Under the pieces are notes generated by a model that was given only the letters and a program-made list of their open reading frames with translations, ran no database searches and was not told where the DNA came from. From an uncultured Bacilli bacterium (GTDB lineage: Bacteria > Bacillota_I > Bacilli_A > RF39 > UBA660), in contig CANRCZ010000002.1 of assembly GCA_947629265.1 (NCBI GenBank), forward strand, positions 6,567-70,566: a stretch of 64,000 nucleotides of DNA, read 5' to 3'. Below are positions 39,249-48,758 of the stretch, in pieces. Made by a program: the position numbers and the translations under genes. Each line of letters begins with the position of its first letter. The first letter of the stretch is position 1.

Positions 39249-39479
39249 TTATATATCTTTTCTAATTAGTTCTTTAATTTCAAATTCATCGTTATCACTT
39301 ACAAATAAAATTTTGTAACCACATATTTCAGCGATTTTTTCGATTGTTTCAAAATTGATATCTGTAAAACCTGTTTCATATCTTGAAAGAGTATTTTGTT
39401 TAACATTTATTTTATTTGCCATATCTGTTTGACTTAATCCTTTTTTCTTTCTCATGTATTTAATAGCTAAACCAATCAT
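39249..39479 (-). CDS. XRE-family HTH transcriptional regulator (cassette C)
   Basis: 76-aa HTH protein (KGLSQTDMANKINVKQNTLSRYETG). Confidence 0.55.
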   Translation of the reverse strand: MIGLAIKYMRKKKGLSQTDMANKINVKQNTLSRYETGFTDINFETIEKIAEICGYKILFVSDNDEFEIKELIRKDI

Positions 39480-39500
39480 ATATTTCCTCCATAATTAAAT

Positions 39501-39585
39501 TATCCAATAAATGTATAAAAAATACTTTACTTATCCAATAATTGGATATATAATATAAATAGATAATATCCTATTATTGGATATT
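39501..39585. promoter_or_regulatory. operator set and promoter for P3 / HTH-C
   Basis: Palindrome TATCCAAT-A-ATTGGATA (39532-48) lies between TTACTT and TATAAT (39549-54). A related element ATATCC-tattatt-GGATAT sits at 39567-85. A TATCCAATAA half-site lies at 39501-10. Confidence 0.5.
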
Positions 39586-39606
39586 AAGAAAGGATAAGGT
39601 AGTAGA

Positions 39607-40719
39607 ATGTTTAAAGAAAACGGAAGACTTATAATAGGTATATTTATTGGTGTTATTTTAATGGGAGGGGTTAGCTATGCTGTTAATAGTTTTACAAGTG
39701 AAAGTGTGAGTTATACTAGAAACGGTCAAACGATGAATGTAAAACAAGCATTAGATGACCTTATTGTTAAGGTTGATAAAAAGAGTGGTAACTTTAATAT
39801 TGAACTTACAACAGAACAGACAGTGGTAAAAGATAAGACAGTAGATGCAATGACATATAAAACTATGATTAATAGTGTAATCGATAAAATGATATCTGCA
39901 ATGGGATCAACAGCTAAAATGGCAGAATTAACAGCATTAAAAAATGCAACATCGTTAACATGGGCAAGTGAAAATACAACTATTGCGAGTGTAACGAATA
40001 ATACAACCGTAAAAGGTGTTAAAGTAGGAACAACTAGAGTAATAGGGACAACATCTAATGGCAAACAGGTAATAGTACCAGTAAATGTTAAATCAGCATC
40101 ATATTTAGCTGTTCAAGCTAATGTTGGAGACTACGTAGTGTATAATGCCGGAAAATGGGATTCATCAGCTAATAACCCAACTGAATATTATGCATTTGGA
40201 GAATATAAACAGGGACAAAGCAAAAATGCTAGTGTTGAATGGTGTAGCGATGAAAATAATAAAACGACATTAAAAGGTTGGCGTGTATTATCAAAAGATA
40301 CGAATTCTAAAACAGTAACTATAATCCATGCCGGTCAACCGGAATGCTACCGGCATAATACATATACTTATAGTAATGCTGGTGATGAAAGTGTAGCTAG
40401 ATTAAATTTGCGTGCTAAAAATCAATATTTGAATGCAACATATGCACAATCAGCCAGATCAATGACAAAAGCTGATTTAGATACTATTACTCCTGAAAGT
40501 AACACATTACGAAAAACAGGAGAGATGTATTGGTTGGCTAATGCAAACTCTGGTTACTTGTGGTACGTGACAACTTATGGTACTTTTGTCGATGGTTACT
40601 CAGGTACCTACTCATATGGTTTTCGACCTGTCATTGTTCTAAAACAAGGAATGCTAACAACAGGTAAAGTAAAAGATGAATTTAATCAAGATGCTTGGAG
40701 TTTAGTATTACCAAGCTAA
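39607..40719 (+). CDS. surface protein P3 of the two-Cys C-terminal domain family
   Basis: Signal anchor IGIFIGVILMGGVSYA, an inserted ~110-aa middle region, and a C-terminal domain (VGDYVVYNAGKWD...VEWC...LKGWRVL...HAGQPECYRHN...YAQSARSM...YWL...GFRPVIVLK) with an AT-rich, unremarkable variable segment. Confidence 0.6.
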   Translation: MFKENGRLIIGIFIGVILMGGVSYAVNSFTSESVSYTRNGQTMNVKQALDDLIVKVDKKSGNFNIELTTEQTVVKDKTVDAMTYKTMINSVIDKMISAMGSTAKMAELTALKNATSLTWASENTTIASVTNNTTVKGVKVGTTRVIGTTSNGKQVIVPVNVKSASYLAVQANVGDYVVYNAGKWDSSANNPTEYYAFGEYKQGQSKNASVEWCSDENNKTTLKGWRVLSKDTNSKTVTIIHAGQPECYRHNTYTYSNAGDESVARLNLRAKNQYLNATYAQSARSMTKADLDTITPESNTLRKTGEMYWLANANSGYLWYVTTYGTFVDGYSGTYSYGFRPVIVLKQGMLTTGKVKDEFNQDAWSLVLPS

Positions 40720-40778
40720 AATAATTTAATTACAATTTAGGCCTTATTTTTCAACTTGTTTTTTGTAATTAAAACGTC

Positions 40779-40815
40779 TTGAAAATATAATATAATTATT
40801 GTATAATTAAGATGT
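40779..40815 (+). promoter_or_regulatory. promoter of P4 (TTGAAA ... TGTATAAT extended -10)
   Basis: TTGAAA at 40779-84 and TG-n-TATAAT about 17 nt downstream. AGGAG SD at 40826-30 serving the ATG at 40843. Confidence 0.45.
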
Positions 40816-40861
40816 AAAAATAAAGGAGAGGAAGATAAAAAAATGAAAGAAAAAATAAGGC

Positions 40862-43800
40862 TTGGGGGGGGGTTATTCAACCCTAAAAAATAAGGGATTT
40901 ACGCTAATAGAGCTATTGGCAGTAATCGTTATATTAGCAATCATCGCAACGATAGCAGTGCCAATAGTATTAAACTTAATTGAACAATCAAGAAAAAATG
41001 CTTTTAAGGATAGTGTCTATGGCATTATGGAAGCAGCAGATCTATTCGTAGTATCAGAAAATTATAATCCTAATGATGAAATAGAATTTGTCTGCGATGG
41101 AGCATCTTGTTCTTTAGATGATGGTAGACAACTATCATTTAAAGGAGATGTACCTATAAGTGGAAGCATTCAAATAAAAGATAAAAATACTTTAGCATAT
41201 TTTATAAAAAGTAATGAATATTGTGCTTTAGGTACAAAAGAAAATTTAGATGTAAATAAAGACTGTACCAAACTAGATTATACAAAAGCTGAAATAGAAT
41301 TAAATTTAGTAAAGTCAACAACTAATAGTGTTATAGTATCATTTGAAGCGACAGATATCGAATCAGGTATATCTAATGTAGAGGTTAAATTAAATGATGA
41401 TGTAAAAAATTTTGAATATGAAAAATCACCAATTGTAACCAGTGGTGAAGCTGGTATAGTATTTGATAAACTAGAAAGTAATAAAGAATACACAGTAACA
41501 TTAACTGTAACAAATGGTAACTACTTAACTGAAACTAAAGATTTAAAAGTATCAACTAAAGAAATGAAAAATCCAGATTTAGTATCTATAAATGATCCAA
41601 CAGAAGCTCAAGATGGATATTTTAAAACTCAAACGATAAAAATAACTTTTGATAAAGAAAATGTATCAGAAACAACCAAACATTATGTAAAGACAACTAA
41701 AGAGGGTACAAGTAGTATAGGGGTTACAAAGAGATGTGGTAATATTGATGATACAGATACACCAGATGTTAATAAATGTGAAACTATAAATAGTACAACA
41801 ACATTAGCAGCAAATGTATGGTATGAAATTGATGGTGATTTAGATGTTAAATATGATAAGACAGATAAAACCACAGATAAAAATTTATATGCAATAACAT
41901 ACGATGGAACAAATTATAGTAATTCATCAACATATACCTTATCTAAAATAGATGGAACAAAACCAACATTAGAAATGAAAGAAATAATATCTAAAACAGA
42001 TAAGTTATCAATAGGATATACCGCAACTGATGATGAATCAGGAATAGAAACAAGAACATGTAAATATGGAACAACTCAAAGTAATTTAGATAAAGAAGGA
42101 GCAATAACTGATACCAATTGTGGCCTTACAAAATTAAATCCAAAAACAACATATTACTATAAAATATGTGTAACTGATAAAGTAGGTAATGAAGAGGTAT
42201 GTAAAGAAGGACATACAGATACACAAGCATTTATTAATCCAAAACTAGATTCAGTTATAAGCCCTACAACAGCAGTAAGTGGCTTTGTGAAGACACAAAG
42301 TATAACAGCAACATTTAACAATGCAAATATAGAAAATCCAAATCATTATATAAAAACAACAAGAGAAGGAACAGCAAGCGATAATGTAACAGAAAGTTGT
42401 GGAAGCGAGGACAATCCAGGTAATTGTACAAGTATTACAGGAACAACAACATTAAGTGCAAATACATGGTATAAAGTAAATGGAACTACAATTACGGTAA
42501 AATATGATAAAGCTAGTACAGCAACTGGAGATACTTTAACAGCCATAACCTATGATGGAACAAACTATAGTGGAGTAGCAACATATACATTATCAAAGAT
42601 AGATGCAACAAATCCAACATTTACAATGAATACAGCAACTTCAACAACAAATAGTATAAGTATACCATATACAGCATCAGATAGTGAAACAGGAGTAAAT
42701 GTAACATGTAAATATGGAACAACAAATGGAAACTATGGAACTAGTGGATCATTAGCAAATAATACATGTACATTATCAGGCTTAAAAGCAGGAACAACAT
42801 ATTACTATCAAATGTGTGCTAGTGATGGAGTAGGAAATGAAGCAACATGTCAAACAAGTAGTTTTGCAACTAAATCAATAACAGCACCAAGTATAACATT
42901 AACAACAAATACAGCAGGGACAGTAGCAAATTACGCATTAAAACAAGTGGCAGCAGTAACATTTAATAAAACTAATGTAACAAGCCCAACATATTATATA
43001 AAAACAACGAAAACAGGAACAAGTAGTTTGGGTGTAACACAAAGTTGTGGAAATGGAACTACACCAGGAACTTGTAGTAATGTAACAAGTACAACAACAT
43101 TAAGTGCAAATCTATGGTACAAAGTAAGTGGAAATGTTAATGTAACATATAGCACACCAAGTACAGCAACAGGAACACTATCAGCCATAACATACGATGG
43201 AACAAATTATAGTACAGCAGCAAGTCAAGCTATAAGTATGATAGAGCAATCTGCAACAAGTATATCATTAAATAAAACAAGTGCAACAATAAAAGAAGGA
43301 GAGACAACAACATTAACAGCAACAATATCACCAACTACAACAACAAATAAGAATGTAACGTGGTCGACGAATAATGCTAATGTAGCAACAGTATCAGGAG
43401 GAACAGTAACAGGAAAAGGAGTAGGAACAGCTACGATAACAGCAAAGACAGCAAATAATCAAAGTACAACAGCAACAATAACAGTACAACCCAAAGGTGA
43501 ATTATTATATGGTAAAGTATCTGTTGGAGATTACGTAGCCTATGATGCTGGAAAATGGGGTGCTGCTACTGATATACCAACATATTCAAGTTCCGTGAAA
43601 TTTGGAGGAAATGCAGCAAATACAAATAAAGGAATGAGTGCAAAATGTTATAATTCTACAACATTAAACGGATGGCGTGTACTTAAAAAAGAAAATAATC
43701 AAGTAACAATAGTCCACGCTGGCCAACCCGAATGTCATTTTCATTATTATTCTGAAATGAACGCTATAACTTTATTAAATAACAGAGCAAAACAATACAT

Positions 43801-44134
43801 GGATTCAACATATGCCGAATCAGCTCATGCTATGACTAGAGATGAAGCCAAAGCAATTACTGGTGATGAGCGTAGTACTGATAACGACTTACGAGACATT
43901 GGAGCGTTTTATTGGCTAGCTAGTATTTCTAGCGAGAGTGTCGGCATGGGCTACGATAACCTTTACCTATTTTACGTTAACGGCGCTGGCGGCATCAACG
44001 AATACGGCAATGGCGTCAATGAAGCGTACGGTTTCCGTCCTGTAGTAGTCTTAAAATCTAATGTCTTAACCTCAGGACAAACAACAGATCAATTTGGAAA
44101 TGCTAAATCTTGGACTTTAGTAGGATTAAAATAA
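40862..44134 (+). CDS. giant prepilin-type (class III signal) surface protein P4: pilin N-terminus, three FN3-like repeats, a Big_2 domain and the family two-Cys C-terminal domain
   Basis: KG|FTLIELLAVIVILAIIATIAVP is a canonical type IV prepilin cleavage/N-methylation motif. Three ~215-aa repeats (...TYDGTNYS...YTLSKIDGT...CKYGTT...YYYK.C..D..GNE) follow. Big_2-like segment SISLNKTSATIKEGETTTLTATISP...VTGKGVGTATITAKT. C-terminal domain VGDYVAYDAGKWG...AKCYNS...LNGWRVL...HAGQPECHFHY...YAESAHAM...YWL...GFRPVVVLK with an NNC/AAC-rich variable segment. The track start is a TTG with no SD. The real start is probably the ATG at 40843 after -1 G slippage. Confidence 0.6.
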   Translation: MGGGYSTLKNKGFTLIELLAVIVILAIIATIAVPIVLNLIEQSRKNAFKDSVYGIMEAADLFVVSENYNPNDEIEFVCDGASCSLDDGRQLSFKGDVPISGSIQIKDKNTLAYFIKSNEYCALGTKENLDVNKDCTKLDYTKAEIELNLVKSTTNSVIVSFEATDIESGISNVEVKLNDDVKNFEYEKSPIVTSGEAGIVFDKLESNKEYTVTLTVTNGNYLTETKDLKVSTKEMKNPDLVSINDPTEAQDGYFKTQTIKITFDKENVSETTKHYVKTTKEGTSSIGVTKRCGNIDDTDTPDVNKCETINSTTTLAANVWYEIDGDLDVKYDKTDKTTDKNLYAITYDGTNYSNSSTYTLSKIDGTKPTLEMKEIISKTDKLSIGYTATDDESGIETRTCKYGTTQSNLDKEGAITDTNCGLTKLNPKTTYYYKICVTDKVGNEEVCKEGHTDTQAFINPKLDSVISPTTAVSGFVKTQSITATFNNANIENPNHYIKTTREGTASDNVTESCGSEDNPGNCTSITGTTTLSANTWYKVNGTTITVKYDKASTATGDTLTAITYDGTNYSGVATYTLSKIDATNPTFTMNTATSTTNSISIPYTASDSETGVNVTCKYGTTNGNYGTSGSLANNTCTLSGLKAGTTYYYQMCASDGVGNEATCQTSSFATKSITAPSITLTTNTAGTVANYALKQVAAVTFNKTNVTSPTYYIKTTKTGTSSLGVTQSCGNGTTPGTCSNVTSTTTLSANLWYKVSGNVNVTYSTPSTATGTLSAITYDGTNYSTAASQAISMIEQSATSISLNKTSATIKEGETTTLTATISPTTTTNKNVTWSTNNANVATVSGGTVTGKGVGTATITAKTANNQSTTATITVQPKGELLYGKVSVGDYVAYDAGKWGAATDIPTYSSSVKFGGNAANTNKGMSAKCYNSTTLNGWRVLKKENNQVTIVHAGQPECHFHYYSEMNAITLLNNRAKQYMDSTYAESAHAMTRDEAKAITGDERSTDNDLRDIGAFYWLASISSESVGMGYDNLYLFYVNGAGGINEYGNGVNEAYGFRPVVVLKSNVLTSGQTTDQFGNAKSWTLVGLK
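40864..40872. repeat. poly-G tract (G9) between the SD-linked ATG (40843) and the body of the P4 ORF
   Basis: aggctt GGGGGGGGG ttattc. At G9 the ATG at 40843 terminates after 14 codons (MKEKIRLGGGLFNPKK*). At G8 it reads through as MKEKIRLGGGYSTLKNKG|FTLIELL... Confidence 0.85.
41560..43230 (+). repeat. three tandem ~640-nt intragenic repeats encoding FN3-like modules of P4
   Basis: Recurring DNA and protein blocks (acatacgatggaacaaattatag..., ITYDGTNYS, TLSKIDGT/ATNPT, TCKYGTT, TTYYYK/QMC). Confidence 0.6.
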
Positions 44135-44285
44135 TAACGAAGAAACTCTAAAATTATTTGGGGTTTTTTTGTTTTATATCAAAAATATAAATGTCGAAAA
44201 TTGTCGTACAATTTTTGATACAAATTTTTTCTAAAAAAAAGGAAATGAAAAAGTTTTGTCGTATCATATAAGTAGGGAGGGAAAA

Positions 44286-46301
44286 ATGAAAAGGTACGCA
44301 TTTGAAAAACAAGATGGTATAAAAGATTGTGGTGTAGCATGTTTAAAAATGATTATAAGATATCATAAAGGCTACGTTGGTACAGAACTATTAAGAGATA
44401 TGACTAAAACCGACAAAAATGGTGTAACGGCTTTCCACTTAGTAAATACATTAAATAAACTAGGTTTTAAATCTAGAGGTTTGAAAGTATCAATTGATAA
44501 TATCAAAACCTTACCAGCCATAGCTCATGTCACTATCGATAACACTTATAATCATTATGTCGTTATATACAATATCAATAAACAAAAAGAAGAAATCCTA
44601 ATAGCGGATCCAGCTAAAAGAATAATGAAAATGTCTTTTCAAAAGTTTAATGAAATATATAATAACATTATTATCGAAGCTATTCCATATAAAAAAATAC
44701 CCGTTATCAAAGATTATTCAATCTCAAAATTCATTCTAAATTTAATAAAAAATGAGAAAAAAATAATATGTATAATTCTAATAATGTCACTAATTACAAC
44801 GGTATTATCGATTATATCATCTTTCTATGTACAGCTATTACTAAATAATTTGAATCGAAAAATAATTATTCTCTTCTTTTTCATGAGTATATTGTTACTT
44901 ATATTAGAATATATAAAAAACAATATCTTAATTAAATTAGATAGTAAGCTTGATCGTAAACTGACGATGAGTACCTACCAAAACATTATAAACCTCCCTT
45001 ATCAATATTTTAAGAACCGAACAACCGGAGAAATAATAACTCGCTTAAATGACTTAAAAAGTGTCAAAAATACAATAAATAGAGTAATTATTACGATCTT
45101 TATCGATGGTATCCTAGTCTTTTTATCAAGTATCATTTTAATCAAAATAAATGTAGTGCTATTCTTAATAGCAGTAACGATTTTGATTATGTATATACTG
45201 ATAACAATCATATTTAATAATAAATTTAAATACGAAATAAACGATATAAAAGAAAAAAACGAATATCTAAATAGTAACCTAATCGAAAGTATCGATGGTA
45301 TTGAAACAATAAAAGGACTAAACCTCCAACCAGAATTTTTAAATAAAGTTGAAAAAATATATACAGATTATATGAAAGAAAGTATAACCCTAGATAAAAA
45401 AATAAATATTCAATTTACCTTAAAAGAAATGGTCAACACTATCGGTAACATGATTATTCTATGTGTAGGTGTATGGTTTATTCAAAAGAAGATAATGGAT
45501 TTCGGTAGTCTATTCACTTTCCTGACTTTAGTAGCTTACTTTTTAAATCCAATTAGAAATATTATCGACTTAAATATCGATATCACTGAATCAATCAGTG
45601 CTATAAAAAGAATCTTAGAACTAGATTACTACCAAAATGATCCTGGTAAAATAAACATTGATGAAATAAACAATATCGAAATAAAAAAACTATCTTATTC
45701 CTATAACGACTACAATTATATATTAAAAGATATCAATTTAAAAATATCTAAAGGTGAACATATTATGGTAGTTGGTACAAGTGGTAGTGGTAAATCTAGT
45801 TTACTAAAAATAATTAATAATTACTATGAAACCAAAAAACAAGTTTATATAAATGATAACGAAATAAACCAATTAAAAAATATACCAATTAATTACATAT
45901 CCCAAAACGAAATTTTATTTACTGACACTTTATTCAATAATTTAAAACTTAATCGTCAAATAGATAAAAACACTATTGAAAAAATATACAAAGAGTACGA
46001 AATCGATAAAATAATTCCTTTAAACGGATTAATCGAAGAAAATGGTTTTAACATATCCGGTGGTGAAAAACAAAGAATTGTACTCGCTAGAACATTATTA
46101 AATCAACCTAAGTTTTTAATTATCGACGAAGCCTTAAATCAAGTAGATATCAACATGGAAAGAAAAATATTAAAACAAATACTAAAAATCAAAAATTTGA
46201 CTTTAATATACGTATCACATCGTAATAACAACGTCGATCTATTTGATAGAGTTATTAAAATCGAAGACGGGTTCTTAAAAGAAGATATCAGAAAGGAATG
46301 A
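44286..46301 (+). CDS. peptidase-C39 domain ABC exporter (bacteriocin/double-glycine peptide processing transporter)
   Basis: N-terminal C39 domain with the catalytic Cys in DCGVACLKMII. Six TM segments. C-terminal ABC ATPase (GTSGSGKSS, LSGGEKQRIVLAR, FLIIDEA). ATG at 44286 follows GGGAGGG. Confidence 0.75.
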   Translation: MKRYAFEKQDGIKDCGVACLKMIIRYHKGYVGTELLRDMTKTDKNGVTAFHLVNTLNKLGFKSRGLKVSIDNIKTLPAIAHVTIDNTYNHYVVIYNINKQKEEILIADPAKRIMKMSFQKFNEIYNNIIIEAIPYKKIPVIKDYSISKFILNLIKNEKKIICIILIMSLITTVLSIISSFYVQLLLNNLNRKIIILFFFMSILLLILEYIKNNILIKLDSKLDRKLTMSTYQNIINLPYQYFKNRTTGEIITRLNDLKSVKNTINRVIITIFIDGILVFLSSIILIKINVVLFLIAVTILIMYILITIIFNNKFKYEINDIKEKNEYLNSNLIESIDGIETIKGLNLQPEFLNKVEKIYTDYMKESITLDKKINIQFTLKEMVNTIGNMIILCVGVWFIQKKIMDFGSLFTFLTLVAYFLNPIRNIIDLNIDITESISAIKRILELDYYQNDPGKINIDEINNIEIKKLSYSYNDYNYILKDINLKISKGEHIMVVGTSGSGKSSLLKIINNYYETKKQVYINDNEINQLKNIPINYISQNEILFTDTLFNNLKLNRQIDKNTIEKIYKEYEIDKIIPLNGLIEENGFNISGGEKQRIVLARTLLNQPKFLIIDEALNQVDINMERKILKQILKIKNLTLIYVSHRNNNVDLFDRVIKIEDGFLKEDIRKE

Positions 46302-46383
46302 TAAAATGAAAATCATAAGATTAATCTTAAAAATAATGCTATTATTTGTTTAAACTAAAAACTAACTAAGAAAGGAGATATTT

Positions 46384-46545
46384 ATGGAATTAAATCAAAA
46401 TGAATTATTAACAATCAATGGTGGTGTCAATTGGAAAATCGTCGGAGGTATCGTCGTAACTTTAATAAGCTTTATCTCTGGAGTAGTAGATGGTTTTACT
46501 CATCCTAAAGCTTGTAGTTTGAAAGGAAAGAAATCATGGGTATAG
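46384..46545 (+). CDS. double-glycine-leader peptide 1 (bacteriocin-like or pheromone-like precursor)
   Basis: Not in the track. MELNQNELLTINGG|VNWKIVGGIVVTLISFISGVVDGFTHPKACSLKGKKSWV. Leader matches the LS-x-x-EL-x-x-I-x-GG consensus. Strong SD AAAGGAGA. The mature part is hydrophobic with GxxxG-like spacing. Confidence 0.5.
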   Translation: MELNQNELLTINGGVNWKIVGGIVVTLISFISGVVDGFTHPKACSLKGKKSWV

Positions 46546-46694
46546 AAAAGAGTGAATTACTAAATATAAAAGGAGGCATTAAAATAACTGCTGCCTTATT
46601 AACAAGTATTTATAAATGCCTAAACTACGTAAGCGAACTAGGAAAAAGCATTGGCTCAACCATCAGACGTATTCAAACTAATAGAATGTGTTAA
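46536..46694 (+). CDS. double-glycine-leader peptide 2 (bacteriocin-like precursor)
   Basis: Not in the track. MGIEKSELLNIKGG|IKITAALLTSIYKCLNYVSELGKSIGSTIRRIQTNRMC, cationic with two Cys. Overlaps the stop of peptide 1. SD GAAAGGAAAG. Confidence 0.5.
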   Translation: MGIEKSELLNIKGGIKITAALLTSIYKCLNYVSELGKSIGSTIRRIQTNRMC

Positions 46695-46696
46695 AA

Positions 46697-46725
46697 TAAA
46701 AGCTTAATGCTTTTATTTTTGTTTG
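46697..46725 (+). terminator. rho-independent terminator after the GG-peptide pair
   Basis: AAAAGC-ttaat-GCTTTT followed by ATTTTTG. Confidence 0.55.
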
Positions 46726-46757
46726 GAAATTGGTATAATATCATTGGGGGATAGATT

Positions 46758-46910
46758 ATGGAAGAACTAGAAAATTTATTAAACGAATTAGAAGAAAATA
46801 TTGAAGCATTACAAGAACAACAAGAAAATTTAGATAATAACGTAAACAAAGGTAATATCTTAAAAGAATTAGACGAAATAATGGGTGATATCGAAAATAA
46901 AACCTTATAG
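46758..46910 (+). CDS. small acidic coiled-coil protein (50 aa)
   Basis: Not in the track. MEELENLLNELEENIEALQEQQENLDNNVNKGNILKELDEIMGDIENKTL with a GGGGGA SD. Function unknown, and not a typical membrane immunity protein. Confidence 0.25.
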   Translation: MEELENLLNELEENIEALQEQQENLDNNVNKGNILKELDEIMGDIENKTL

Positions 46911-46984
46911 TTTAAAAAACAATTAAACGGTAGTTGTTAAATCACTAAACTATGTAGTATAATTTATTAGATGGGAGAGATTTC

Positions 46985-48043
46985 ATGATAGAGAGATTAA
47001 AAAGTATTGAAGAAAAATACAACAGCTTAACTTTAGAACTTACCAAAGAAGAGGTTCTTTCCAACGTCAAAGAAACACTTAGATTAACCAAAGAACAAGC
47101 TAGCTTAAAAGATGCTTACGAAGCTTATCAAGAATATAAAAAAATCGAAAGTGGAATAAACGATGCTTCAGAACTTTTAAAAGATCCTGAAATGGGTGAA
47201 ATGGCTAAAGAAGAATTAGAAGATTTAAAACAAAAAAAAGAAGAACTAGAAAAGAAGCTAGAAATTTTATTGTTACCTAAAGATCCTAACGATTTAAAAA
47301 ATGTTATCGTTGAAATAAGAGGTGCCGCTGGTGGTGATGAAGCTAATATCTTCGCTGGTGATCTATATCGTATGTATTTTAAATATGCTGAAAAACAAGG
47401 ATGGAGTATCGAGGTATTAAACGAAGAACCTAGCGAAGCTGGTGGATATTCCCAAATTGAATTCATGGTCAAAGGTGATAACGTTTACTCTAAATTGAAA
47501 TACGAAAGTGGCGCACACCGTGTTCAAAGAGTACCAGCTACGGAAACGCAAGGACGTGTTCATACCTCAACAGCAACTGTTTTAGTTATGCCAGAAGCTG
47601 AAGAGTTAGATTTTGAACTCGATATGAACGAGGTTAGAATTGATATAACAAGGAGTAGTGGCTGTGGTGGTCAAGGTGTCAATACAACCGACTCAGCTGT
47701 CCGTTTAACACATATTCCAACTGGTATTGTCGTTTATTCACAAACCGAAAGATCACAAATTAAAAATAAAGAAAAAGCTATAAAGATATTAAAGACAAGA
47801 CTATATGATTTAAAAGAACAAGAAAGAGAAAAAGAACTAGGTGCTGAAAGAAAGAACAAAATCGGAACTGGTGATCGTTCTGAAAAGATAAGAACTTATA
47901 ATTATAGTCAAAATAGAGTAACAGATCACCGTATCGGTTTTACTTTAAAACAACTTGATAGAGTAATGGAGGGGGCACTTGATGAAATAATTGAAGCCCT
48001 TATTACAGAAGATCAAAATCGCAAACTTAAAGGTGAAGCTTAA
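46985..48043 (+). CDS. prfA: peptide chain release factor 1
   Basis: PAT tripeptide motif (RVPATETQGR) and the GGQ motif (SGCGGQGVNTT). Confidence 0.9.
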   Translation: MIERLKSIEEKYNSLTLELTKEEVLSNVKETLRLTKEQASLKDAYEAYQEYKKIESGINDASELLKDPEMGEMAKEELEDLKQKKEELEKKLEILLLPKDPNDLKNVIVEIRGAAGGDEANIFAGDLYRMYFKYAEKQGWSIEVLNEEPSEAGGYSQIEFMVKGDNVYSKLKYESGAHRVQRVPATETQGRVHTSTATVLVMPEAEELDFELDMNEVRIDITRSSGCGGQGVNTTDSAVRLTHIPTGIVVYSQTERSQIKNKEKAIKILKTRLYDLKEQEREKELGAERKNKIGTGDRSEKIRTYNYSQNRVTDHRIGFTLKQLDRVMEGALDEIIEALITEDQNRKLKGEA

Positions 48044-48046
48044 ATA

Positions 48047-48754
48047 ATGACCGATATTGATTATTTAAAAAAATACTATGATGGTGATATATCTTCCGCT
48101 ATCAAACGTTTAAATGATGGTGAAGCTGTTCAATATATAGTAGGTAATGTCGATTTTTGTGGTAATAAAATAAAAGTTAATAAAAATGTTTTGATACCTC
48201 GTTTTGAAACAGAAGAACTAGTTATGAAGACATACGAATATATCAAACAATTATTTAGTGATAAAGGAAAAATTCTCGACTTAGCAACTGGTAGTGGTTG
48301 TATAGCGATAACTTTAAAAAAATTATTACCTAATTATCAAGTTACTGCTTCTGATATTTCACCTGAGGCCTTACAGGTAGCTAAAGAAAATGCTGATGGT
48401 TTGGATATTGCTTTTTTTGAGGGTGACATGTTAGAACCGATCACTGATAAGTATGATATTATCATATCCAATCCACCTTATTTAACCCCTGATGATGATA
48501 TTATGGATATTGTTATTAGTAATGAACCTCATTTAGCATTATTCGCTTCTAATAATGGGTTATATTATTATGAAAAGATACTTAAAAATATAAAAAAATA
48601 TCTAAATAAAAAAAGCCTTATAGCTTTTGAAATAGGTGAAAATCAAGCTGAAGAAATATCAAAATATATAGAAAAGTATCTACCTAATGCTACATATAAA
48701 ATCGAAAATGATATGCAAAATCGCAATCGCTTCATTTTTATTTTTAACAATTAA
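48047..48754 (+). CDS. prmC: release factor glutamine N5-methyltransferase
   Basis: SAM-binding DLATGSGCIA and the NPPY motif (IISNPPYL). Immediately downstream of prfA. Confidence 0.8.
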   Translation: MTDIDYLKKYYDGDISSAIKRLNDGEAVQYIVGNVDFCGNKIKVNKNVLIPRFETEELVMKTYEYIKQLFSDKGKILDLATGSGCIAITLKKLLPNYQVTASDISPEALQVAKENADGLDIAFFEGDMLEPITDKYDIIISNPPYLTPDDDIMDIVISNEPHLALFASNNGLYYYEKILKNIKKYLNKKSLIAFEIGENQAEEISKYIEKYLPNATYKIENDMQNRNRFIFIFNN

Positions 48755-48758
48755 AAAA

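Noticed and set aside
44135-44285. Possible regulator-binding direct repeats (TTGTCGTA twice) and an inverted repeat AAAATTGT-cgt-ACAATTTT upstream of the C39 ABC gene
   Set aside because: They are short and AT-rich, so chance occurrence is plausible in this genome. No adjacent response regulator is present to bind them. I mention them only as possible sites.
46301-46383. 15-aa ORF MKIIRLILKIMLLFV overlapping the ABC gene stop
   Set aside because: Too short, and I have no supporting context for it. It is probably incidental.
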